64,000 nt of DNA from Vicugna vicugna (taxonomy: Eukaryota), in assembly GCA_013265495.1 (NCBI GenBank), contig MU057887.1:3933668-3997667 (forward strand), given 5' to 3'. Under the pieces are notes generated by a model that saw nothing but the letters and a program-made list of their open reading frames with translations, did no database searches and had not been told where the DNA came from. Each line of letters begins with the position of its first letter. The first letter of the stretch is position 1. The position numbers and the translations under genes are program-made. Positions 37,188 through 49,707 of this stretch are shown here, piece after piece.

Positions 37188-38498
37188 GCAACGAGGTAGT
37201 TACTCTTAATATTCCTGTTCATATTCAAATGAGAGCACCAAGGCATAAACAAATTAAGTAACGTACCCAAGCTAGCACTTAATAAGTGGAAGAGCCAAGA
37301 CTCAGCTTAGGGGGTCAGACTCCAGGGGGTGACCCTGCACATGGTAGTTTGCACTTAGCATAGAATTCAGAGGACACTAAAGAGAGTGTATCATTTTCCT
37401 TCTGTCCTTCGGCCGTCTTTCTCTTGGAAATCATGTCTTGTCCATAACAGCAAGCAGCCCTCTTCTTTTTAACACAGAATGTACCATCTTCTATGTCTTT
37501 ACAAATATTCCACCATTTAAGAATTATTCAAGAATATTTTACACCCAATGAAATGTAGATATACTTATATACTGAAGTATATGTTTGGTGAATTTTCACA
37601 AATGTATACACCTGTGTGTTTATTAGTCCTGTGACGATACAGAACATTTCTATCATCCCTAAAAGTTTCTTTGTGTCTCTTTTCAGTTATTACAGTCATC
37701 CTTCAAAATCCCAAGGCAACAATTGTTCTAATTTCTGTCATTACAGATTAGTTTCGCAGGTCCTGAACTTCACGTAAATGGAATCATATCATATGTGCTC
37801 TTTAGTGTCTGTTTTCTTTGCTCTGTGTAATGTTTTTGAGGTTTATTGATTTTGATGGCTATATCTATAGTTTGTGCCTTTCAAGTAGTATACATGTGTG
37901 TGAAAATACAATTTATCTCTTTTCTTAGTGATGGACATTTGAGTTGCTTTCACTTTTTGGCTGATGTGACTAAAGTCATTGAAAATTATTGTACATGTCT
38001 TTTGGGGACATATTATTTCTTTTGGGTAAATGTCTAGGAGTGGAATTGCTGGGCCATAGTATAGATATATGTTTAACTTTTTTAGAAACTGCCAAACAGT
38101 TTTCCAAACTGATACCATTTTTTACTCTGCTAGTAATATATAAGCATTTTAGTTTCTCCACATTGATATCAAAACACTTGATGTTGTCAGTCTTTTTAAT
38201 TGTAAATTATGTGGTAGTGGTATTTTGTTACGGTTTTAATTTGCATTTCTCTGATGAATAACAACGGTGAGCAACTTTTCATGTGCTTATTGACCATTTT
38301 ATATCTCTTGTGAAGTGTCAGTTCTTTTGCCCATTTTTTTGTTGGATTGTCTTTATTATTCAGTTTTAGAAATAAAAAAAAATTCTGGTTGTGAGTCCTT
38401 TATGATGTGTGTGTGTACATACATGTATAGTGAGGGAGTGGGAGGAGGAGAGGAAGTGAGGGGTGAATATTTTTTCCTATTTTATGGTTTGACTATTT

Positions 38499-38624
38499 AA
38501 AAAAAATTGAGGGGAGGGGTAGTTAGGTTTATTTATTATTTTTTTAGAGGAGGTGCTGGGGATTGAACCGGAGACTTCGCACATGTTAAGCATGCCCCCT
38601 ACCACTTGAGCTACACCTTCCCCC
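38499..38624 (-). mobile_element. tRNA-derived SINE (Vic-1-like)
   Basis: gaggtgctggggattgaaccggagac...accacttgagctacaccttcccc. Confidence 0.85.
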
Positions 38625-38802
38625 TGCCTATTGTTTTCAATGGTGTCTTTTGATGAACGGAAAATTTTAATTTGGTTGAAGTTAAAATTTGTCATTATTT
38701 TCTTTTTATGTTTATTATGTGTTGTAAGAAAATTGTACCTGTATTGGGATTGTGAAGACACTGTCCCATTTTTTGTTTTTGTAGAGGCTTTACAGTGGTG
38801 GC

Positions 38803-40898
38803 TTTTTTTTTTTTAACTTAACACAATCTAAATTTATTGCCTTTGTTCTGCACTCCAGGGAAGGTTCCTCTCACCCTGGAACCCAGATTCCTTCCACTTT
38901 TATTTTTTAATTTTTATTTATTTATTTATTAAACATTTTTTATTGATTTGTAATCATTTTACAATAGTGTCAAATTCCAGTGTACAGCACAATTTTTCAG
39001 TTAATACATGAACATATATATATTCATTGTCACATTTTTTCCTCTGTGAGCTACCATAAGATCTTATATATATTTCCTTGTGCTATACAGTATAATCTTA
39101 TTTATCTATTCTACTATTTTGAAATTCCAGTCTATCTCTTCCCACCCCCACCCCCTTGGCAACGACAAGTTTGTATTCTATGTCTGTGAGTCTATTTCTG
39201 TTTCGTATTTATGCTTTGTTTGTTTGTTTGTTTGTTTTTTAGATTCCACATATGTGTGATCTCATATGGTATTTTTCTTTCTCTTTCTGGCTTACTTCAC
39301 TTAGAATGACATTCTCCAGGAGCATCCATGTTGCTGCAACTGGCATTATGTTGTCGGTTTTTATGGCTGAGTAGTATTCCATTATATAAATATACCACAT
39401 CTTCTTTATCCAGTCATCTGTTGATGGACATTTAGGCTGTCTCCATGTCTTGGCTATTGTAAATAATGCTGCTATGAACATTGGGGTGCAGGTGTCTTTT
39501 TGAAGTAGGGTTCCTTCTGGATATATGCCCAGGAGCGGGATTCCTGGGTCATATGGTAAGTCTGTTCCTAGTCTTTTGAGGAATCTCCATACTGTTTTCC
39601 ACAGTGGCTGCACCAAACTGCATTCCCACCAGCAGTGTAAGAGGGTTCCCTTTTCTCCACAGCCTCTCCAGCATTTGTCATTTGTGGATTTTTGAATGAT
39701 GGCCATTCTGACTGGTGTGAGGTGATACCTCATCGTAGTTTTGATTTGCATTTCTCTGATAATTAGTGATATTGAGCATTTTTTCATGCGCCTACTGATC
39801 ATTTGTATGTCTTCCTTGGAGAATTGCTTGTTTAGGTCTTCTGCCCGTTTTTGGATTGGGTTGTTCATTTTTTTCTTATTGAGTCTTATATATTCTATTT
39901 ATATATTCTGGAGATCAAGCCTTTGTTGGTTTCATTTGCAAAATTTTTTTCCCATTCCGTAGGTTGTCTTTTTGTTTTACTTATGGTTTCCTTTGCTGTG
40001 CAGAAGCTCGTAAGTTTCATTAGGTCCCATTTGTTTATTCTTGCTTTTATTTCTTCTAGGAGAAAATTTTTGAGATGTATGTCAGATAATGTTTTGCCTA
40101 TGTTTTCCTCTAGGAGGTTTATTGTATCTTGTCTTATGTTTAAGTCTTTAATCCATTTTGAGTTGATTTTTGTATATGGTGTAAGGGAGTGTTCTAGCTT
40201 CATTGTTTTACATGCTGCTGTCCAGTTTTCCCAACACCATTTGCTGAAGAGACTGTCTTTATTCCATTGTATATTCTTGCCTCCTTTGTCAAAGATTAGT
40301 TGACCAAAAGTTTGTGGGTTCATTTCTGGGCTCTCTATTCTGTTCCATTGGTCTATATGTCTGTTTTGGTACCAATACCATGCTGTCTTGATGACTGTAG
40401 CTCTATAGTATTGTCTGAAGTCTGGGAGAGTTATTCCTCCAGCCTCTTTCTTTCTCTTCAGTAATGCTTTAGCAATTCTAGGTCTTTGATGGTTCCATAT
40501 AAATTTTATTATGATTTGTTCTAGTTCTGTGAAATATGTCCTGGGTAATTGGATAGGGATTGCATTAAATCTGTAGATTGCCTTGGGCAGTGTGACCATT
40601 TTAACAATATTGATTCTTCCAATCCAAGAGCATGGGATATCTTTCCATTTTTTAAAGTCTTTAATTTCCTTCATCAATGGTTTATAGTTTTCTATGTGTA
40701 ATTCTTTCACCTCCTTGGTTAGATTTATTCTTAGGTATTTTATTACTTTGGGTGCTATTTTAAAGGGGATTGTTTCTTTACTTTCTTTTTCTGTTGATTC
40801 ATCGTTAGTGTAAAGAAATGCAACTGATTTTTGAACGTTAATCTTGTAACCTGCTACCTTGCTGAATTGTTCGATCAGCTCTAGTAGTTTTTGTGTGG
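38803..40898 (-). mobile_element. Relatively young 5'-truncated LINE-1 (ORF2 3' half and 3'UTR) with a 3' transduction
   Basis: ORF2p peptides in ORFs 39895..40710 ([17 protein letters not shown]...) and 39239..39868 ([18 protein letters not shown]...); imperfect 15-bp TSD at 38791-38805 and 40899-40913. Confidence 0.92.
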
Positions 40899-43337
40899 TA
40901 TAGGGGTAGCTTTGTATTCAGGTTTATCATTCCTCTTCTTTTTAACAACTTAATTGAGATACAAATGATTTACAATAAAGTACAGATGTTTAAGTGTAAA
41001 ATTTGATGAGTTTTGACATATGTAGACACCTGTGAAATAATCACCATAGTCAAGTTAGTGAACGTAACCATCATCTCTCAGATTTCCTCTTACCCCTTTG
41101 GGGGTCCTCCCTCCCACCCTTTTTTGCCCCTCCACCTCCAAGCAAATACTGATCTCCTTATGAATGATCCATCTTGCATTATTTTTTGTGTGAGGTGGAA
41201 ACAGGGTACATTTCCGCCCACGTATGCATTATACAATCATTCTGGTGTCATTTGTTGAGAAGACTCTATCCATTGAATTGTGTTGGAGGCTTTGTTATAA
41301 ATTAATTGTATATGTATATGCAGGCTTATTTTTGGGCTTTCTCTTACGTGCCATTGGTCTGTTTTTCTATGCCCGCACCATGCTGTCTTAATTGCTGTAA
41401 TTTTACGGTCATTCTGGAAATCAGGTAGTGTAAGACCTCCACCTTTACTCTTGTACAAAGTCATCTTGCCAGTTTTGTAATAAGCTCTTAAACTTGTATG
41501 GAAATTTTTGTTAGGAGTTTGGCTGGGATTACATTCAATATATAGATCAACTTTAGAATTGAGGTATTAACTTCAGGTTTTCTGATCTGTGCACATGGTA
41601 TATCTCTCCATTTATTTAAATTTTCTTTAATTTTTCTTAGCAATGTTACAGTTTTTGATGTGAAGTTACACTTTTTTCATTCAGTATGTTTGTAGGTATT
41701 TAATATTTTTGACATCATTTAGAATATTTTTACATTGTTTTTCAATTATTTGTTAATGTGCAAAAACACAGTTGGTTTATGTATACTGAATGTTACCCTG
41801 CAACTTTGTTCAATTCACTTGTTTTCACAATGGGTTTGTATATTCCTTTGGGTTTTCTATCTACATAATCATATCATTGGCAATAGGGACAGTTTTACTT
41901 TTTCTTTTCAATTGTTATGCCTTTCATTTCTTTTTCTTTATTGTGCTAGCTAGAAACTCTAACATAGTGTTGAATGGAAGTGGTGATGATGGGCTTTCAT
42001 GGTTGAGAAGGTTGCCTTTTAGTCTTATTTTATGAAATGTTTGTACCGTGAAAGGGTGTTAGATTTTGTCAGAGGCCTTTTCCTCATCTGTTGGGATGTT
42101 GATTTGGTTTCTGTCCTTTATTCTATCAATATAATGTGTCGTGTTAATTGATTTTCAGGTGTTATGGCAAATTTGCATTCTGAGGATAAATCCCCTTGGT
42201 ATGGGGTATATAATCCTTTTGAAACATGGCTGGATTTGGTTTGCAGTGTTTTGTTAAAAAGACTTATGTATATGTGTTCATAAGAGATATTTGCATATGA
42301 CTTTTTTTTAATTTTGTATGATATCATTGATTTTGATATCAGTGTAATACCAGCCCCATAGAATAAATTGGGAAGGTCTTGCATCCCTTTTTGTAGGTTG
42401 GGTTGCTATATGGGATCATTTTCCTTCAGCCCGAAGCACTTCCTTCAGTATTTATCATATTGTGGGTGTGCTGGGGACAGGTTCCCTCAACTTTTGTTTG
42501 CCTGAAAAAATATTTACCCTTTAGTTTTGAAGGCTATTTTTGCTAGATATAGAATTCTAGGTTGACAGCTTTTTTCTTGTAGCACTTTGGAAAAGTTATT
42601 CCATTGTCTTTTTAGCTTCTGTTGCATCTGATGAGGAGTCTTTCATTCTTACTTTTGTTCACCTGGGATCTTTTTTTTCCTGCTGTGTTTAAGATATTTA
42701 TTTATTTTTATTAAATTCTTTATTAATTTTCTCTTCAATTTGACCATAATTTTCTAGGTATGCTGTTTTTATATTTATCCTTCTTGGGATTTACTTAGTT
42801 CCTTGGATCTGTGGGTTGATATATTTAATCAGTTTTGGAAACTTTTTGACTATTGCCTCTTAAATATTTCTTTGCCTCATAATCTTTTTCCTCTCTCCTT
42901 GGGATTCCAGTGATACCTATTTTCGATTGATGTTGTCCCATAGGTTTTGAATAACTGGTATTAAAATTTTTTTTCTCTCTTTGTTTACATTTGTATATTT
43001 TCTCGTTATCTATTTTCAAATTCATTGCTTGTCTTCTTTGTTCTCATTCTGTTATTAATTCTATCCAGTGATGTTTTAATTTTAGTTTCAGACACTGTAC
43101 TTTTCAGTTCTAGAATTTCCTTTTGGTTCTTCTTTCAAGTTCGCATTTCTCTGCTAATACTCTCTTCCTGTTCATTTCTTCTGTCCTCTTTCCCCCAAAT
43201 CCTTTAACATATTTGTAATTGATGTTTTGAAGTTCTCATCTGCCAGTTCCAGTGTATACTTGTTTGTGGGTCCTGTAGATTGTTTTTTCTCTTGATCATG
43301 GGTCACATTTTTCTGCTTTGCAGTTCTAGTAATTTTT

Positions 43338-43473
43338 GTTTGTTTGTTTTGGGTGGGGGAGATATTAGGTGTGTGTGTGTATGTATCTGTTTTTAATGGC
43401 GGTGCTGAGGATTGAACCCAGGACCTTGTACATTCTAAGCACACACTGTTCCACTGAGCTATACCCTCCCCAC
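43338..43473 (-). mobile_element. tRNA-derived SINE (Vic-1-like) with a 12-bp TSD
   Basis: TSD ctagtaattttt at 43326-43337 and 43474-43485. Confidence 0.88.
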
Positions 43474-44607
43474 CTAGTAATTTTTTTATTGCATAATAGA
43501 CATTTTGGATGATATATTCTAGAAACTGTTTTAGGTTATCTTTCCATAAAGAGTGTTGAGTTTTGTTAGCGTAGACTGTTACATTACCAGAAGATCATCT
43601 TGATCCTGTAGAAGGTTTTCTAGAGTGGATCTGTTTTGGTTTCACACTAAATTTTAAGGCGTAGCCTTTAATTCTGGTACATGGTTTTTACTTGTAAGGC
43701 ATGGCCCTTCTTGAGTTTTAATAGAAAATCCTTCTAATTTAGTAGAATTTAAACTCCAAATTCTGTCTTCACAGTGCCGGACAGCTGCTGAAATCTTTGC
43801 TTAGCTCTTTCACCTCACAACAGCTGTTTTCTGCTCAGTTTCTTTTTTTTTTCTTTCTTTTCCAGCTTTGTTGAGATATAATTGACAAATAAAATTTTAA
43901 GATATTTGAAGTATATCATGATTTGACATATGTATACACTGAGAGGATTCTTCCCGTCTAGTTGTCATATCCAGTCATACATACCTGTGTGTATGTGTGT
44001 ATACATCCATGTATACATATATGTATATATACACACATTTACAATGAGAACATTTAAATTCTACTCTTTCAGCAAATTTCAATGATACGGTGCATTGTTA
44101 TCAACTGTGGTCACCAAGTAATTTAAAAAGTAGCTATGTTGAGAGTTGAGGAGCAGGATGAAGGGACAGGGTGGGTGAGGCTTCTGTCTGGTGCACTCTT
44201 CTGAGGTTCTTTTACAAAGTTTGGACTATTTTTGGCTGTAATTTTGTGTATTTTTATATACTATTTCCTCATATTTCATTGGGATTTCAGTAACATGTAT
44301 GGTGGACCATTTAATATTACATAGGTCACTGAGGCTTTATTCATTTTTAAAAAAGCCTTTTTTCTTTCTTCTCAGATTGCGTGGTTTCTCTTGATCTTTT
44401 TTAGGTTCACTGACACTTTCAGTCTCCAGTTTTTTATTAAGTTTATCCAGTATATATTTTTATTTCAGACATTGTATTTTTTAGTTCTATAATAGTCGTA
44501 TGTTTTTCTGTGGTTTCATTACTGTGCTGAGATTTTTATCTTTTCACTCATTATCACTATCTTTTCCTTTAAGTCCTTGAACTTGTTTTTTGTTATTGTT
44601 ATTGTTA

Positions 44608-44630
44608 CGATGATGATGATGATGATGATG
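44608..44630. repeat. (GAT)n short repeat
   Basis: gatgatgatgatgatgatgatg. Confidence 0.9.
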
Positions 44631-47600
44631 AATTCCACCATCTGAGACATCTTGGGATCTAATAGTTGCTTTTTAATTTTAAAAAATTACACATTTTCCT
44701 CCTGCTTTATGTCTTATTTATTTTTTTAATTATATGTTGATACCTTGATTATGGCTTGAGTTTTCTTCTGGTACATAGTTAAATTACTGGAAGATCTTTT
44801 TGGTCCTGTCTGGCTTGGTTTTATTCTTTGAATAGGTGTGTTTTGGTTTTGAACTTAGTCTTTGGGTGTGGCCTTTGCTCCAGGTTGTAATTTCTACTCT
44901 GCAGGTGTGGCTTTACTGGCCTTATGCAGCGGGGTGCCTGAGAGCGCTCCATGAGGTTTTCCATTCTGCCTGGATTGGGACTCCAACACGTCCCAGGCCT
45001 GCAGGACATCTAGTGTCTAGGTTCAGCTCTCAGTCCCACTGCTCCCCGCTGAGCAGGTGTGTGGGGCTGCGACACCCGCTGTGTAGTTTTGACTTTGGTA
45101 AATATTTAACATAGGTAGAAAACAAAATTAAATAAGAAACAATAACAAGAAAGCAATTCCCTCCAATTGAACAGAAACACAAACAAGTGGACCTAACTGC
45201 ACCAAGTTGGAGTCATAATCACACCGGGAAACTACTTCAGGAAAAGAAGAGGAAGTTGGTTGTAAGCGTACGCAGTGGTCTTTAGTACTAAGTAACTGTT
45301 ATTGTGAAGCGAGTGCAACTGTATTATAAGTTAGAGCACATTAGAAATTGTATGAATCTTGTTCATAAACAAGACTTGCAACAGAAGTCTGAGCTACTTA
45401 GGGTCTACATGTTAGGCTCTAAATCCCTCTTCCAGCCAGCGTGTGCTTCTAGCCACGTTGTTAGCTTTGTGACCTTGAGTGATGGAAATGCAAATTAAGA
45501 TGAGGATTCCACTTCACACACACCAGAATAGCAAAAATGAAGGAGTCTGACCATACCACCATGGGTAGGCAGTCTGGGGGAACAGGAATACGGTGGGAGG
45601 ATGTATTGATTTCATAAAGCACTTTGGAGAGCAATTTAGTAACATCTAAACTTGAAAGCATCTGTCCTGTGACCCAGCAATTTCACTGTCAGGCAAAGCA
45701 GAAGGATGCGTATTCAGAATGTTTAGGGCAACCTTGATGATGGTAATAAATCATAAACGACCTAAAAGTACCTCAGTAGGGAAATGGGTAAAAAGTGCCT
45801 TCTTATGTGAAGGAATAGTGTATTTAAAATGAAAGAATTAAAGCTAAAATGAAAGAATTAAAGCTAGGTGTATCAATATAGGTTAGTTCTGAAAATACAA
45901 AATTGAGCTTAAGACAGTTGGAGAGCACCCATATGTGTTATGAAAGTATTTAAATATATTCTTAAAGCAATGTTATTACTTATGGTTACATAAGTAGCAA
46001 AACAATGAAATTATGGGCACTGCAAATTAATGATTATCTCTGGAGGAAGAGGGTTGAATGGTTTGTGGATTTCCCAATGTATTAGAATTTTTTTTTTAAG
46101 TAGGTGGCATATGTGAGCAAATGTTAACATTTACTAAATCTCAATACATGGAATTTGTTTTATTTCTCTCTGGAGCTTTTTTATTTAAAACTTTTTTCAT
46201 AATTTAAAATAAATAAAAATACTTAAAACTAGGTTATTATAACGTAGTGATTCTCTAGAAGAGGCATAAACAGACTCTTATGAGAGCACCGAGGAGGCCT
46301 CAGAAAAGCCTGATGAAAGTGGTTGTCGTTGAATTCCAGGCAAGGAGGGAAGGTGGGACAGCGAGTGTTGCGGCCATGGAAGACCCAGTGCCGAGGCGTC
46401 AGCTGTGAGGGACACGCAGCATATGCAGGAGATGTAAATGCGGTGTGGTTGGGGAGTTGGGTGGGGCTGAGGAAGGAAGGCCTCAGTGGTGATGTGTGGC
46501 GGCCCCGTTTAACGTGTCCTGCTGTTGAGGCTCACAGTGTGCCCTCTGTTCCCTTTCCTCTTTTGCTGCCTTTCTTTGGATTAAGGGTGTATTTACGACT
46601 CTTTGGGGTCTTTGTGTGTCTTTCAGGCCTCTGTGTAACACGTCTACTCTGCCCTCTAGGCTGTGAGCGTGTGGAGGTGTGACAGGTGTTCGTGTGTCCC
46701 TGCCTCTTCTCCACCGCCAGAGTCGCTTCTGGGCTTTCTTGTGTGCCTGCCACTTTTGATTAGATGCCAAGATGCTGTGAATTTTGTCTTGTTAGTTACT
46801 GAGTATTTTTGTATTTCTGTAAACATTCTTGACCTGTGTTCTGGGATGTGGCTAAGTAACTTGGAAACAGTTTGATTCTGTGGGTCTGGTTTTTAGGTTT
46901 TGTTAGGCGGGACCAGAGTCATGTTGAGTCCAGGGCTCATTTTGCCCCACCTTCTGAGTACTTTGTCCAATGCCCCGAGGATTAGAAAGTTTTCACTGTG
47001 ACTGGCAGGGGGAGTACCTTTCTCTGGCCCCGTGTGACCTTGGGGGATCCTTCCCACTAATCCCTGGTTTGGGTTCCTTTCTCACACACATGCACTGATG
47101 TGTACCTGGCTGGAGACAGCAGATCTTCATTGCTGTCTGTGCAACTCTGTCCCCTCCAGTGCCTGACCTGTGAACTTGAGCGCCTTGGCCTCCCTGGCCT
47201 CCCAAGGCTGTTTCTTCACTTTAGGAGACAGCTGGAGCCCACCATGTCCCTCTGCTGTGACCCAGGACTACTTGTCAGGCAGAAAGTTAAAGGGCCCTTC
47301 TTGTTTTCCTTCTGTCAGGGATCACTGTTCTTCATTGCCTGATAGCCAGTATCTTCAGAACCATTTCATGTGTTTATAAATCTGGTCCCTGTTACTTCGT
47401 CTTGGCCAGAAGCAAAAGTATCAAAATCAGGTACTTGAATGAAGTTACTAGGTAGCGTGGAACATACTCATGGGCTCCGCAAGAGTGCTGACCCCTTCTT
47501 GCTTGGGATGCCTCGGGGGACAGCAGAGGCGGGCCTTTCCTGGGTGGACATCATGGGAGTCCATGTGTTTAGGGAAGGAGTTGGGGACAGGGCTTGGGAG

Positions 47601-48028
47601 AAAAGTTTCACAGGAAAACCCAGGCTACAGGGTGAGATCCTAAGGGCCTGCTGAGAAGGAAGACCCAGCAGCGCCTGGGCTGGAGGATCAGGTGACCAAA
47701 GGCTGGTACCTGCAGTGGGAGGGTGTGGGGATGGTGACGCTGTCAGGAGTGCGAGTGTGGGTGGTGCTTGGGGTATGTGCATCTGAGGAGGTGGTGTCAC
47801 TCAGTCCCCGGCGGCACGTCCCTCCTGATGCCCCGGCTGTGTGGCGCTTGTCAAAAAGGTGTATGTTACAAAAGCTCTGGTTCACAGTCAGAATAAACAG
47901 GCCTAAGGCTCCTTATAGAGGTACTTTCTTACTTTGAAACTGTGTGAAATGCTAAAAAACCAATTTTGAATTATTTAGCTTAGTAATTATGGAATGTTAG
48001 ATGTGCCAACTTTAAAAATGAAACAGCC

Positions 48029-48500
48029 TGTTATTTTACCAGAAAAATGGGTTTATTTGAGTGTAGCAGAGAATTGCAATTTGGGACAGCCAAGTTATAG
48101 CAAAAGCCATGGACAATTCCCATAAACAAAGCAGAGGAACATTATAGAGAAAAAGGAAGAAGTTGAGAGGGGCTGTTTTGAACAGAAGTCCATTGGAGGA
48201 AAGTGAGAGTTCAGAGTGGTAATGCTTTCTCACTGACTGAGGTGCTGGGCAACAGGAAACCTCCCTCCATGAAGGTCTGGGATTGAGGCTGAGAGGTAGT
48301 GGGTGAGGGCTCCCCTTCTCGCCTCCCAATTCCATTTTATTTTGTTAAATTTTTATTTATGTATATATTTATTTTTAAATTGACATACAGTCAGTTACAA
48401 TGTGTCAGTTTCTGCTGTACAGCACAATGTCCCAGTCATGCACCGGCTCCATTTTATATGAAGTTCCCTTTGTTCTGTTTCACAGATGTAAAAAGATTTT
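48029..48500 (-). mobile_element. ERV1-type LTR remnant, same family as 23215-23571
   Basis: tgttattttaccagaaaaatgggtttattt...agaattgcaa is similar to the reverse complement of 23490-23545. Confidence 0.55.
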
Positions 48501-49580
48501 CCCATTTTAGGTTATAACACTGACTTATTCCTGGTTTACTAGCACAACTTGGAGGGCCTCTTTCTGTTAGATTTTTCTGTAAAATTAAAAAATAGACAAA
48601 TGTGCAAAAAAACATAATGAATACCCATGTACTCATCTCCCAGCTTCGACAGTGATCAGTACTTTGCCAGGTGCTTTGTTTTTTTTAAATCTATCCAGTT
48701 TTCTCTCACACTTTTAAAATTTGTTTGGTTCTTGTTTTTTGGTGGAGTGTTTTAAAAGTAAATCCCAGAAATAATGTTATTTCACCCATGAATACTTCAC
48801 TTTTTTCCTCTAACAGTTAAGGGAAGTCTTTATTTTTAAAAACATAGCCAGCATGTCGTTGTCACAACTAAGAGAATGACAGTAATTCCTTAATGTCATC
48901 TAATACCAGCCCCTATTCAGGTTTCCCCAGTAGCTTCAGAAATATCCTCTTCCAGCTGATTTGTTTTAATTGGACCCAAACAAGATCTAAATATTACATT
49001 TGATGATTATGTCTCTTAGCCTCTTACATTCTTGAACTGCTACCCCTCCTTATTGCTAAGCATAAATTTCAAAAAATAAAATCATGACTTTCATGCGGAT
49101 ACGAAAGGAACAGTCCTGGGCTGTGCTGGCCCATGTTTTTGCTGCAGGCCTTGGTGTCAGTCAGTTCTCCAAGGGGTGCTGATCACTTCATTTGGAAGTG
49201 GTGCTCAGAGACCACACCTGGAGCACTCTGGGAGCCGTGAGGGTCCCTAATGAGCTTTCCGGTCATTTTGTGACCAGGATGTGTGTGTGTGGATGGTGAC
49301 GGTGTGTGGTCGTGGAACGGCTGCACAGAGACCCTTCTCGTGTCCCTGAACTGCAGCCGCTGGCCTTGTCGACCAGACACAGAGTGGGTGTGTATTGCCA
49401 GTACTGATCTCCTTGGAACAGGCAGGGACAAGGGAGTTTTAGGTCCTCAGTCGTGGAAGGTTCTGATGATTCGGGTGCTAATAAAGATCAGGATTTTTGT
49501 TTTCCTTTTCCCTGTCATTTTGGTAAGTTAACGTTACAAAAGTAGAACTTAAAGTAAGTTTTTTTCCTGTTATTTTTCAG

Positions 49581-49707
49581 GTGAAGAGATTATAAACTGT
49601 CCACTGAATGAAAAAATTTTTCTTCAAGTGGCATATATTCCAAGAAAAAACCCCAAATGTTGCATTTTGCCTGAATACAGAATTTAAACAAGGAGTTTCC
49701 ACAGAAG
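49581..49707 (+). other. PPP6R2: PPP6R2 5'UTR exon 2 (127 nt)
   Basis: Strong acceptor tttttcctgttatttttcag| and donor AAG|GTAAGA in non-repetitive sequence. It resembles my recollection of human PPP6R2 non-coding exon 2 (GTGAAGAGATTATAAA...TTTCCACAGAAG). Confidence 0.75.

Larger units (their letters stand above)
40914..45100 (-). mobile_element. Patchwork of old L1 remnants
   Basis: Degenerate ORF2/ORF1-like peptides (41237..41464, 42118..42384, 42825..43025); T-rich antisense composition. Confidence 0.65.

Noticed and set aside
39239..40710. Two long ORFs with ORF2p similarity as a possible active or domesticated gene
   Set aside because: The L1 is 5'-truncated and split by a disruption near 39870-39900, and lacks the endonuclease and most of the RT.
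45825..45866. 20-bp direct duplication taaaatgaaagaattaaagc
   Set aside because: A simple slippage duplication in decayed repeat sequence with no functional cue.
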